From: Bacteriovorax stolpii
Lineage (GTDB): Bacteria; Bdellovibrionota; Bacteriovoracia; Bacteriovoracales; Bacteriovoracaceae
DNA: 64,000 bases
Direction of reading: 5' to 3'
Assembly: GCA_945905815.1 (NCBI GenBank)
Contig: CAMDQH010000008.1
Location: forward strand, 3,126 to 67,125
Below, piece by piece: positions 28,975 through 37,473 of the stretch (its first letter is position 1; each line of letters opens with the position of its first letter). The translations under genes and the position numbers were made by a program. A model generated the notes under the pieces. The model made no database searches. It was not told the DNA's origin and saw only the letters and a program-made list of their open reading frames with translations.

Positions 28975-29546
28975 TGAAAAAATCGGGAATTTATACAGGA
29001 ACTGGCGACGAGGGGAAAACAGGACTAGTAAGTGGCAATCGCATCATGAAATCTGATTTTCGAATAGATGCTTACGGCGATTTAGATGAACTAAATTCGC
29101 GAATAGGCTACGCCTGTTCCTACTTAGATAATAATTTCAGTGAAGAAATTAAATTTTTACATACAATTCAATCTGCATTGTTTGACCTTGGTTCTAATAT
29201 GGCATGTGAGTTTGAAAATAGAAGTAAGTACAATCTGCCACAACTTACGGATCAGCTAATTAAAGAAGTTGAAGCCGAAATAGACCGCATGGATGCCCAG
29301 CTTACGCCTTTAAAAAACTTCATTCTTCCTGGTGGTTCCCTTGAGGCATCCGCGTTTCATCTTGCAAGAACTGCAACTCGATCGGTTGAAAGAAAGCTGG
29401 TACACTATGAACAGTCGACAAAAGAGAAGCTTCCAGCTTTAAGCATAATTTTTCTAAATCGGTTGTCTGACTATTTTTTTGTATTGGCCCGCTATGTTAA
29501 CAAGGTTTCGAAAAGACCAGAAATTTTTTGGAAGCCAAAAAACTAG
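28974..29546 (+). CDS. PduO-type ATP:cob(I)alamin adenosyltransferase
   Basis: 190 aa. The IYTGTGDEGKTGL N-terminus and DELNS motif are typical. Start overlaps the icmF stop. Confidence 0.9.
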   Translation: MKKSGIYTGTGDEGKTGLVSGNRIMKSDFRIDAYGDLDELNSRIGYACSYLDNNFSEEIKFLHTIQSALFDLGSNMACEFENRSKYNLPQLTDQLIKEVEAEIDRMDAQLTPLKNFILPGGSLEASAFHLARTATRSVERKLVHYEQSTKEKLPALSIIFLNRLSDYFFVLARYVNKVSKRPEIFWKPKN

Positions 29547-30316
29547 ACTTCCTGGTCGTTAAACAAGTTTTCTATTCCTGACAACTTTTCCCCAATCGTA
29601 AATTTTAAAATTTTAAAATTAAGAATAAAATATAGGCCAACGCAAATGACTACCGAAGTTAGCATAAAAACTAATCGGTTTTCTTGTACAAAAGAGGGGC
29701 TTAGTAAAATTAAGAGATTTGAAGCAATAAGAGGAAGTGCAATTACACAAAATACTAAAATGATATCGATTGTTGATGCAAGAGATGCTCTCTTCTTGTT
29801 TCGAAGTATTATTTCCTGTTTTGAAAGCTTTATTTTGCTCTTAACTACTTTCCTAACTTCGAGTTCTTTATTGGAGCTCATTGTTGGTTTTTTTTCAATA
29901 TCAGAAGATGTGCCTAATTCCTGATTTATCATCCTAGCGCCAGTAAAGTCCAGCTTTAGGCCATGGCTTTGCCTGTCTTTAGCCGCTCCTAAAAAAGTTA
30001 TCGCTGCGATAGACTCCGGATCCATTTTGTCATGAAAGATCGTAATTTTCGTTGTGCCGACTCTAATCTCATCACCTAGAAAAACATCAGATCTATCTAC
30101 CCGCAAACCATTAAGATAAGTACCATTTTTTGATTCTAAATCCATCACTTCAAGCTTTGAATGTGTCAGTGATATTCTGCAATGAGTGCCACTCATTAAT
30201 TCGTCTGAAGTTTTATGGTTAGCGTGAATACTTCTACCTACAACAATTGATTTATAAATCTCAAGAGGGATTTCAGTTACGATATCTTTCGTTTGTAGTC
30301 TCAGCATGACGATCAT
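29543..30316 (-). CDS. FHA-domain protein with C-terminal transmembrane region
   Basis: 257 aa. FHA signature (VGRS...H..IS...ESKNGTYLNG), then a K-rich linker and 2-3 TM helices. Confidence 0.75.
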   Translation of the reverse strand: MIVMLRLQTKDIVTEIPLEIYKSIVVGRSIHANHKTSDELMSGTHCRISLTHSKLEVMDLESKNGTYLNGLRVDRSDVFLGDEIRVGTTKITIFHDKMDPESIAAITFLGAAKDRQSHGLKLDFTGARMINQELGTSSDIEKKPTMSSNKELEVRKVVKSKIKLSKQEIILRNKKRASLASTIDIILVFCVIALPLIASNLLILLSPSFVQENRLVFMLTSVVICVGLYFILNFKILKFTIGEKLSGIENLFNDQEV

Positions 30317-30317
30317 A

Positions 30318-30965
30318 TTAGCCCCAAAAATCTTTATGATAATTAAAATGACAGATGTGTTTTACGGTTTGAAGGTAGTGATGAATTTTTTCCGAAAACT
30401 GAAATTCTGGAACCATATACAGCCCCCATAAGTGAGATGCAATAATAATATCGTATAGGCTTAATTCAGGTGAATTGTAAAACGGAGAAAGGGCCTTTTC
30501 TATGTCTTTTAGCGAAGGATCCAGTTGATTCAAAAAAAATGATTGATTCTTAACCAAATTACTGAATGGTCCTCTTTTATTTTCTTTGATTTTTCTAAAA
30601 TAGTTTCGAGAAGATTCTGAAAATTCGGGTGTCCATATCCAATAGGGCATTGCCAGAGAATGAATAGATTCACCGATTAAATTCAATAATTCTGTCGCTT
30701 TGATAAAATCTTCTGTTCCATTTAATTGCTGATATTTTAGTTTATTAGATGAATCCAAAAAAGAAATAATTTCCAAGCTCTCGTTCATGACTCCTGTGTC
30801 ACAAGCGAGTATGGGGAGCATTTTCTTTCCCGTAAGATTTTTTGGTGCCTCTTCGTCGTCATATGAAACAACAACAGATTCATAATTTAAATTCAAAAAA
30901 CCGAGCACTAAACGCACTCTAATACAGAATGGGCAGTGAACATAGTGGTACAAAGTTAACGGCAT
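30318..30965 (-). CDS. grxB: glutaredoxin 2 (GST-fold glutaredoxin)
   Basis: 215 aa. CPFC active site at residues 11-14. Size and layout match Grx2. Confidence 0.75.
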   Translation of the reverse strand: MPLTLYHYVHCPFCIRVRLVLGFLNLNYESVVVSYDDEEAPKNLTGKKMLPILACDTGVMNESLEIISFLDSSNKLKYQQLNGTEDFIKATELLNLIGESIHSLAMPYWIWTPEFSESSRNYFRKIKENKRGPFSNLVKNQSFFLNQLDPSLKDIEKALSPFYNSPELSLYDIIIASHLWGLYMVPEFQFSEKIHHYLQTVKHICHFNYHKDFWG

Positions 30966-31210
30966 CTGTAATTCCTAGGATGAGTATAGTATATGTCCTA
31001 GACCTACTTATATCCATAAAAGTTACAAACCTGAATTTATGAGTCGGCGAAGAAAAATGTTAACTGTCTGATTTTACATGTTTGCCTTTACTGGTTTTGC
31101 ATCAAAATCTAATATGCACTATGATAAGCCTAGATACAGGCTGATCATATGACGAATAGTTGAAACCAATGTAATTTACTGATACAGATGCATGAAGCAA
31201 GGAAGATATT

Positions 31211-31543
31211 ATGGACCAGATTATAACAATTACTGATAAAGCACTTGAACAAATAAGAACCATTTCTCAAAATGAAAATCCCAATGGCAATAAGGGCCTG
31301 CGCCTGGCCGTCACCGGTGGAGGATGTTCTGGTCTATCTTACAAAATTGAATTTTCTGAATTTAAAGAAAGAGATAATGTTCTCGACTTTAGTGGAATTA
31401 AAATTTTGATTGATCCTAAGTCAGTAATCTATTTGAAAGGTATTTCACTTGATTTCAAAGATGGACTCAATGGAAAAGGTTTTAGTTTCGATAACCCAAA
31501 TGCTAAAAATACGTGTGGGTGCGGGGAATCATTTACCATTTAA
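31211..31543 (+). CDS. erpA: A-type iron-sulfur cluster carrier (ErpA/IscA, HesB family)
   Basis: 110 aa with GGGCSGLSY and a C-terminal CGCGESF. Confidence 0.88.
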   Translation: MDQIITITDKALEQIRTISQNENPNGNKGLRLAVTGGGCSGLSYKIEFSEFKERDNVLDFSGIKILIDPKSVIYLKGISLDFKDGLNGKGFSFDNPNAKNTCGCGESFTI

Positions 31544-31546
31544 ATT

Positions 31547-33082
31547 ATGTTAGAAAACTATCGCTACTCTGTTGGATCTTTTGAAATTAATTTTTATACG
31601 CTTGAACTGGTAGGATCCGATTCTTTTGATTTCATAAACAAACAATCAACATTTAATTTCAAAACCCTACCTGACAATAATTTTCACCTGTTAAGTTTTC
31701 TGGATTCCCAGGGGAGAATTGAGTTTTATTGCTGGGGAGTGAAGTCTAATAATACAGTAACGCTTCTCATTCCTGAAATGCTCAAGGCTAAATCAATTTC
31801 AAGGTTAGACAAGTTTCTAGTTTCTGAAGATGTGGTAATAAATGATCTAGGATTAAAGCGTTGGTATTTCATAATTGGCCCAAAAGCTATGCAGTTTCAA
31901 AACAACGATTATTTTTTTGGAAATATTTTTGAAGAAAATGCACTCCTTTCGCAAAATGAATTTGATAAAAAACTAGCGAGGATAAGTTACGATGAAATTG
32001 AATTTTGGAAGGATCTCAATGGTTGGCCAGATTTTAAAGGATCAGATTTTACCGCAGAAATTATTAATAACTTGAGACTCTATGACTTGAGTGTAAGCCA
32101 AAACAAGGGCTGTTACCCTGGCCAAGAAACGGTATCTAAAATAGCGACCCGAAGAGGGGCAGCTTATAGTCCTGCTCTTTTGGTAACCTCAAAATTTCAG
32201 AAACAGGGACCAATATTTAGCTTTGATAAAAAAATTGGAGACATCGAAAAATGTCGCGAATGGAACGGAAAATTTTATTCTTCTGCCAAGCTTTTGCGTG
32301 ACTTTAGAGTTGAAGGTTTAAATCTTCAATTTGAGGCCAATGGGCAGGCGATAAGCGCTGTTGTCGTATATTACCCACTATTCTCAGGTTCCAACGAATT
32401 AAAGGCAAATGACCTTTTTTATGAGGCTACAGAGGCATTTAAGCGAGACGAGCTATTGGTTGCTGAAAAACTATTTAAGCAAGCAATAGAACTTAATCCA
32501 GTATTTGCAGATGCTTATGAAAGCCTGGGAGTCATGCTTGGTAGAATGGAAAGATTTTCTGAAGCCATTGAAGTTATGGACCAACTTACAAAAGTCGATC
32601 CATCTTCCGTTCTTGCTCACACCAATAAATCACTTTTTTTAATGAAATTAGGAAAAATACCTGAAGCAGAAAATGAAAAATCATTGGCAACAATCAAGTC
32701 TTTTCAGAAATTTGGCGATGAGGCCAAGATAAAAGAAAAAATTGATGAAGAAAAGAAGCACTTGGAACTGGAATGGGCTAAACGTGAGAAGATGTACCAG
32801 CAAGTTATTGAAATAGACGCTGACGACACTTTGGCCAATTATGGGCTGGGTTCTATAGCTGTTGAGAGAAAAAACTGGGCTTCTGCTGTTTCCTATCTGG
32901 AAAGAGTTGTTAAAGTTGATCCTCAATATTCCGTCGCCTATCTATCATTAGGGAAAGCGTATAAAGGGTGTGGATTAATTGAATTGGCGGCCAGTACCTG
33001 GAAAGAGGGAATTAGCATTGCCGCGAAAAAAGGTGATTTGATGCCGGCGAATCAAATGCAGTCTGAGTTACAGCAACTTTAA
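31547..33082 (+). CDS. ygfZ: YgfZ/GcvT-like folate-binding protein fused to a C-terminal TPR domain
   Basis: 511 aa with the signature KGCYPGQETVSKI. The C-terminal ~200 aa show TPR-like repeats (AEKLFKQAIELNP, SLGKAYKGCG). Confidence 0.7.
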   Translation: MLENYRYSVGSFEINFYTLELVGSDSFDFINKQSTFNFKTLPDNNFHLLSFLDSQGRIEFYCWGVKSNNTVTLLIPEMLKAKSISRLDKFLVSEDVVINDLGLKRWYFIIGPKAMQFQNNDYFFGNIFEENALLSQNEFDKKLARISYDEIEFWKDLNGWPDFKGSDFTAEIINNLRLYDLSVSQNKGCYPGQETVSKIATRRGAAYSPALLVTSKFQKQGPIFSFDKKIGDIEKCREWNGKFYSSAKLLRDFRVEGLNLQFEANGQAISAVVVYYPLFSGSNELKANDLFYEATEAFKRDELLVAEKLFKQAIELNPVFADAYESLGVMLGRMERFSEAIEVMDQLTKVDPSSVLAHTNKSLFLMKLGKIPEAENEKSLATIKSFQKFGDEAKIKEKIDEEKKHLELEWAKREKMYQQVIEIDADDTLANYGLGSIAVERKNWASAVSYLERVVKVDPQYSVAYLSLGKAYKGCGLIELAASTWKEGISIAAKKGDLMPANQMQSELQQL

Positions 33083-34317
33083 ATTCTTTTATAATGCTTA
33101 CGAGCATGGGTCAGGACTTTCTTTAAATCTTTAAGTTCTTTTGAATGGTTCTTAAGATATTTTTCCCAAACAGTTACTTTGGCTTTAAATTTTATAACTT
33201 TGGTTCTCTGCTCTTTAACCAAGTCCCAGCCTGTGTCTGAAATTAGTTCTTGTTTATGGGCCCATTGAAGGTCCAAGAAAGTATATTCGAGCATCCAATA
33301 TTCTTCTACTGCTCTCCATGCAATCTTATCTTTTTCATCCTTGGAAAAGAGATACCAGATGGAGTCCAATTCCTTAGCGCTAAGCATGTCCGAAAAGAGT
33401 TTAAAGGCCCAGAAAAAGGTAAAGTAAGCGTGGTAAATACCTCGAAGAGGTCGCAAGGTTCTTCTCCATGGGCTGTAGTAGATGCTATTAATTGGCTCAT
33501 CTATTAGCTTTTCTAGATTAAGATAATAATTCAAGTGGTGATGGCCATTCTCATGCAGGAGATCATCCAAAAGATCTACAAAATCTCTGTTATAGAGATT
33601 GATCATAGATGTTCCTGGAAGCTCTTGGTGAGAAAAACTAACTAGCTCTTCTTGCTTAATAGGTATTATTACCTCAGTAAAAGCTGAAAAACGCTCCCAT
33701 GATTCAGGTGAGAATTTTCGTATCACGCGGGAAGCAACTTCAATTTTAGTAGAGAAACTTTTCATTTCTTTTAAACTTGAAGTTAAGAGTCCAAGCTCTT
33801 TTCCTTCAAGATGAAGTGTTGTCTCTAATAATTTTGAGCTATTTTTTTTATTTTTAAAATCTCCCAAAGACGGTTGTAATCGATAATTTTTAGTAGAACT
33901 TGGTATCTTTAATAGGTGTAAGTTACCAAGTGAAACGAGATGATTATCAAAAACTTTACTCGTTTCCAAAGATGCTTGTCGCAAGGACATTTTTTTATTT
34001 AACAATTTTAAAAAAACATCAGCAAATTCGCTCTGATTCCATTTTTCAAATATCTCATTGTCTTCGTCGGTAAATATATCTTCATCGGTGTCTTTGGATT
34101 TCAGTGAAATGAAAAAAAGAAGTGTTTCAACTTGTTTAAGAAAAAACCATCTTTGAGGACTGAATTCTAAAAACTCTGAATGGTGGTCTTTGATCCACTT
34201 TGAAGTTTTAGTCTGAGGATAAGACTTAAGCTCTTTAATGCATTTTAAATACTGTGATTGGTATCGTCGCTTAATTCGTGATTTTAATTTGGAATATGTA
34301 GTAGTCGAAAATTGCAT
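33079..34317 (-). CDS. HExxH-motif protein (resembles the HExxH-domain putative peptide-modification family; unverified)
   Basis: 412 aa. LLHENGHHHLNYY is followed by YYSPWRRTLRPLRGIYHAYFTF. The ATG lies 7 nt after the tRNA-Asn CCA end and no SD is visible. Confidence 0.5.
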   Translation of the reverse strand: MQFSTTTYSKLKSRIKRRYQSQYLKCIKELKSYPQTKTSKWIKDHHSEFLEFSPQRWFFLKQVETLLFFISLKSKDTDEDIFTDEDNEIFEKWNQSEFADVFLKLLNKKMSLRQASLETSKVFDNHLVSLGNLHLLKIPSSTKNYRLQPSLGDFKNKKNSSKLLETTLHLEGKELGLLTSSLKEMKSFSTKIEVASRVIRKFSPESWERFSAFTEVIIPIKQEELVSFSHQELPGTSMINLYNRDFVDLLDDLLHENGHHHLNYYLNLEKLIDEPINSIYYSPWRRTLRPLRGIYHAYFTFFWAFKLFSDMLSAKELDSIWYLFSKDEKDKIAWRAVEEYWMLEYTFLDLQWAHKQELISDTGWDLVKEQRTKVIKFKAKVTVWEKYLKNHSKELKDLKKVLTHARKHYKRI

Positions 34318-34324
34318 AAAAAAA

Positions 34325-34400
34325 TGGCTGGGAAGGTCGGACTCGAACCGACGACCAACAGATTAACAGTCTGCTGCGCTACCAACTGCGCCACTCCCCA
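34325..34400 (-). tRNA. tRNA-Asn (anticodon GTT), CCA encoded
   Basis: Hand-folded 76-nt cloverleaf. Acceptor stem TGGGGAG/CTTCCCA, D stem GCGC/GCGC, anticodon stem GCAGA/TCTGT with loop CTGTTAA, T arm GTCGG-TTCGAGT-CCGAC, discriminator G, then CCA. Confidence 0.9.
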
Positions 34401-34422
34401 ACAATAGTCAAAAGGTCCGTAT

Positions 34423-34451
34423 TTTATAAACCTCGCAAAATTATATGTCCA
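34423..34451 (-). promoter_or_regulatory. candidate sigma-70 promoter for tRNA-Asn (TGGACA-17 nt-TATAAA)
   Basis: Read on the minus strand. The -10 element ends about 22 nt upstream of the tRNA 5' end. Confidence 0.35.
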
Positions 34452-34544
34452 GACATCTTTTGGGTACTTTAGGCGGCATATTTGCGATTAAAAGACTCAA
34501 GTTTTCCATAAAGGTGACCGATATAGTCAAGGAAGAGGTTATTT

Positions 34545-35030
34545 GTGACTAAATCGTATGTACTTAAAGCATTAAGAATTTTAGGACTAGAAGAGATACT
34601 AAAACTATCAAAAGCTGCTTTTGTGAAGCCCGTTTTTATGAAAAGGGCAGCTGGAGAGGACTTAATTGTTTGGAGCGATGCCCCAGAAAATATTGATAAG
34701 CCAGAAGGGCCTACTTTAAATGATGGGACAGTTCTCCCGTTCAAAAAAAAGCAACCACCTCCCTCAAGCTTTCTGGAGCCAGCATCCAATAGTGAAAAAG
34801 CTCCGGCCAGTTTAGCAGAAGCACCCTGCAACATTCAGTCATCAGAATTTATATTATGGAACAGGGAGCAAACAAAGACGACAAGCTCTCCAGTTCTTAA
34901 AAAAGAAGCAGCTAAGGAATATGCAAAATCAACTGAGATGTACGTCGTGAAAACATCTACCATTGAAGGTAAGGACAAAATTCGATTTGCTGATACCAAT
35001 GGTGTGCTCGTCAATAAAAAGCAAGCTTAG
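34545..35030 (+). CDS. hypothetical protein (orphan, P/S/A-rich centre)
   Basis: 161 aa. GTG start preceded by a GGAAGAGG SD. A 121-aa antisense ORF overlaps it, and I prefer the plus-strand ORF on SD and amino-acid composition. Confidence 0.4.
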   Translation: MTKSYVLKALRILGLEEILKLSKAAFVKPVFMKRAAGEDLIVWSDAPENIDKPEGPTLNDGTVLPFKKKQPPPSSFLEPASNSEKAPASLAEAPCNIQSSEFILWNREQTKTTSSPVLKKEAAKEYAKSTEMYVVKTSTIEGKDKIRFADTNGVLVNKKQA

Positions 35031-36052
35031 CTAAATGGTATAGCAGATATTTTTTGTGGGGTTGATAGACCTAATTTATCTATAATTTTAGGGTCCATTG
35101 AAACTTGACCATCACCGTGGACCTGTAATTGTGTTCTAAAAGCAAAGAAGTCATATTCAGGATGAATTACGTTAATTAAAACTTCTCTTGTGTCTGCAGG
35201 ATTAAAGCGATTTGCAACTAATTGTCCGGTAATTTTTTCTTTTATTGGTTTAATATCTTTTAGTGGACATCGATAATGTGGTCCTCCATCAAATGGATCA
35301 ACTTCTAAAGTGTACTTGAACCCAACGTTTTCGAGCATGCGTTTAACTGGCTCAGTTTCTTTCCCTACCTTACCGATGGATTCTCTTGCCTCCATTGGAA
35401 GTAGAGTTTGGTAAATGTTTTCAGAGGGAAATAAGCTGAGAATAAATTCTTTATTACTTCTACTTAAGACATCAGCTTCATGATAATTCATATTGAAAAA
35501 TCTGCGTCCGACTGCCTCCCATAGAGGAGAATTACCAAGTTTATCAAGTGGGGGCATGAGTTCTGAGTGAATCATAGGCTTAAAGCGATTTTGATTTTCT
35601 GCCATGTATAAAAAACGTACGAAAGATAATTGCTTACCTAGTTTTTCCTTATGACCACGAAATTCAGGGTTAAGAATTAACCCACCAATTTCAGTTGGAC
35701 CATTTGTGTCCAGCCCGAGTTTTAAAGTACCATGAACAAATCCAGTGTTAATGGTCTGTGAAAATTTTGATTCTTGTCCGACAGTTAAATAAAAATGTGG
35801 CTCCTCATCCGTCCCATGTTGGGCGTGAATCATTGAAACGCCAAGGACTTCGTCCCTTTCTTCGTCTTCTAAAACAAAGATATAGTAGTTCTCAAACAAG
35901 TTCTTACTGGGATTATGAAAGCTTTGAATGGAGCTATCAATTTTGGCCCTAATGAGATCTTCGTCAGGTGGAAGATTAATAAACGTCATAATATTACTAA
36001 GTTTATAAAGATTTTTTAAATCATCAGGGCGAACGGATCTTAGAACGTACAT
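35027..36052 (-). CDS. astA: arginine N-succinyltransferase
   Basis: 341 aa, collinear with AstA as I remember it (VLRSVRPDD..., YIFVLED, EIGGLILNPEFRG, SPLWEAVGRRFFNM, VDPFDGGP). Confidence 0.8.
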   Translation of the reverse strand: MYVLRSVRPDDLKNLYKLSNIMTFINLPPDEDLIRAKIDSSIQSFHNPSKNLFENYYIFVLEDEERDEVLGVSMIHAQHGTDEEPHFYLTVGQESKFSQTINTGFVHGTLKLGLDTNGPTEIGGLILNPEFRGHKEKLGKQLSFVRFLYMAENQNRFKPMIHSELMPPLDKLGNSPLWEAVGRRFFNMNYHEADVLSRSNKEFILSLFPSENIYQTLLPMEARESIGKVGKETEPVKRMLENVGFKYTLEVDPFDGGPHYRCPLKDIKPIKEKITGQLVANRFNPADTREVLINVIHPEYDFFAFRTQLQVHGDGQVSMDPKIIDKLGLSTPQKISAIPFS

Positions 36053-36757
36053 TTAGGGCCCCCGTGAGACTACTTTTTCCAATTCAACAAGGCCTGAAAG
36101 TGGAAAGTCCCATGTTAGAATCAAGTCGTAATTTGTTTGAGTAAGGTTTCCCTGAAATCCATAGTTGGAAAGCCATTGGGCTTCTTTTTTAAGTGGATAG
36201 TAGCCGGGAAAGTCTTGTTCTATCAATAAACCATAATTATCAAAAAGTGTATGAAGACGTCCATGAAACCGAGTCCATTTTCCCGAGGGGCCCCATAATT
36301 CTGTACTTAACGCATAATCCAACCAAATTGGTAAAGCGTGGTGATGAAGCTGAAAACTGCCAAATAAGTTTTGAACAAGCTCCGATTTTGAAAGATGGAC
36401 TGACCCTATTTGATCAAAATGAATAATTGCTTCTAGAGTATTTCCTTCTAGAAAACGGTAAACCTGCCATGGATGGCCCTGATAACTTTTAACACCTTTA
36501 ACGCTGGCCTCTGCTTCTTGTTGATTTTTATAGGATACAAGATGCCAAGCTGACGAGTTGGATCTAAAAGTAAGATCTTCTGATGAATGCTCAAATGTAT
36601 ATCTGCACTTAATTAAAGCTGGATGTAAGAGATTAAATAATGGACCAAGACCGGTTAATTGATATTTATTTGGTCTATTCTGCACTTGGTTTAATAGTTC
36701 ACTCGAAAACCAGGAAAGATCGGCTTCGCTAACAGGTTCTTTTATCCGAGGTGTCAT
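36053..36757 (-). CDS. hypothetical protein abutting astA
   Basis: 234 aa. Its stop codon is directly adjacent to the astA start (no spacer). No motif recognised. Confidence 0.5.
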   Translation of the reverse strand: MTPRIKEPVSEADLSWFSSELLNQVQNRPNKYQLTGLGPLFNLLHPALIKCRYTFEHSSEDLTFRSNSSAWHLVSYKNQQEAEASVKGVKSYQGHPWQVYRFLEGNTLEAIIHFDQIGSVHLSKSELVQNLFGSFQLHHHALPIWLDYALSTELWGPSGKWTRFHGRLHTLFDNYGLLIEQDFPGYYPLKKEAQWLSNYGFQGNLTQTNYDLILTWDFPLSGLVELEKVVSRGP

Positions 36758-36792
36758 TATACTGTTATCCTTGATTTACTTCTAACCGGTGA

Positions 36793-37473
36793 GTGATAAT
36801 AACCCACACTCTGGAGGATACTACTATAGAAAACGCCTTGAAAACCTTTGAAGATTTTTATCTTAAAAAGGATTATCCCAACGCCATTCTAGCACTCGAA
36901 AAAAATCAGCACGATATCAATACGGGCCTGTGGCACTATAATATGGGTATAGCAATGGGGCAGATGAATAATTGGCCGATAGCACGTTTTCATTTTATAC
37001 TTGCCGAAGAAAGTGGTCTTCATTCTAAAGAATTGATTCAGAATCAGCATTTCGTTGAAGAGAAATTAGAAACGAGTCGTCTTGAACAACCACTTGGCAC
37101 TTCTGATTATATAATTAAAACAGGTCTCATCGCATCAGATGGTCCACTTCTGAGCCTTGGTTTTTTGATTCTCGTATTTGGTTTGTGGCTTTTTAAAAAA
37201 AAGCCCTCGTTGAAATCTGCTGTGTTATTCGTTATTGCTGTTGCATGTCCTCTCATGTTGGATTTGTGGATAGATTCTTGGCATCGTAAGATTGTTACAA
37301 CGACTAAACAAATCTATGAAGGTCCTTCAATATTATTTGGAGTCAAAGGTGAACTGCCTCAAGGACTAATAATTATGACTGATACTAAAGGTGATTGGGA
37401 AAAAATTATATTTCCCTCCAGATTTTCAGGCTGGATAAAATCTGATGGTTTGAAACGTTTGGAGCTGAAATGA
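36793..37473 (+). CDS. hypothetical membrane protein (TPR-like N-terminus, 2 TM, C-terminal SH3-like segment)
   Basis: 226 aa. GTG start without a clear SD, so the start is uncertain. Confidence 0.4.
   Translation: MIITHTLEDTTIENALKTFEDFYLKKDYPNAILALEKNQHDINTGLWHYNMGIAMGQMNNWPIARFHFILAEESGLHSKELIQNQHFVEEKLETSRLEQPLGTSDYIIKTGLIASDGPLLSLGFLILVFGLWLFKKKPSLKSAVLFVIAVACPLMLDLWIDSWHRKIVTTTKQIYEGPSILFGVKGELPQGLIIMTDTKGDWEKIIFPSRFSGWIKSDGLKRLELK

Noticed and set aside
34469-34834. 121-aa minus-strand ORF beside tRNA-Asn
   Set aside because: It has no SD, and its G/S/A/F-rich composition is unlike the rest of the proteome. The overlapping plus-strand ORF has a good SD. It is kept only as a note in the findings.
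34318-35030. tRNA-Asn-associated genomic island
   Set aside because: There is no integrase, no direct repeat of the tRNA 3' end that I could find, and the flanking genes (ygfZ, astA) are housekeeping. At most one or two orphan genes sit here.
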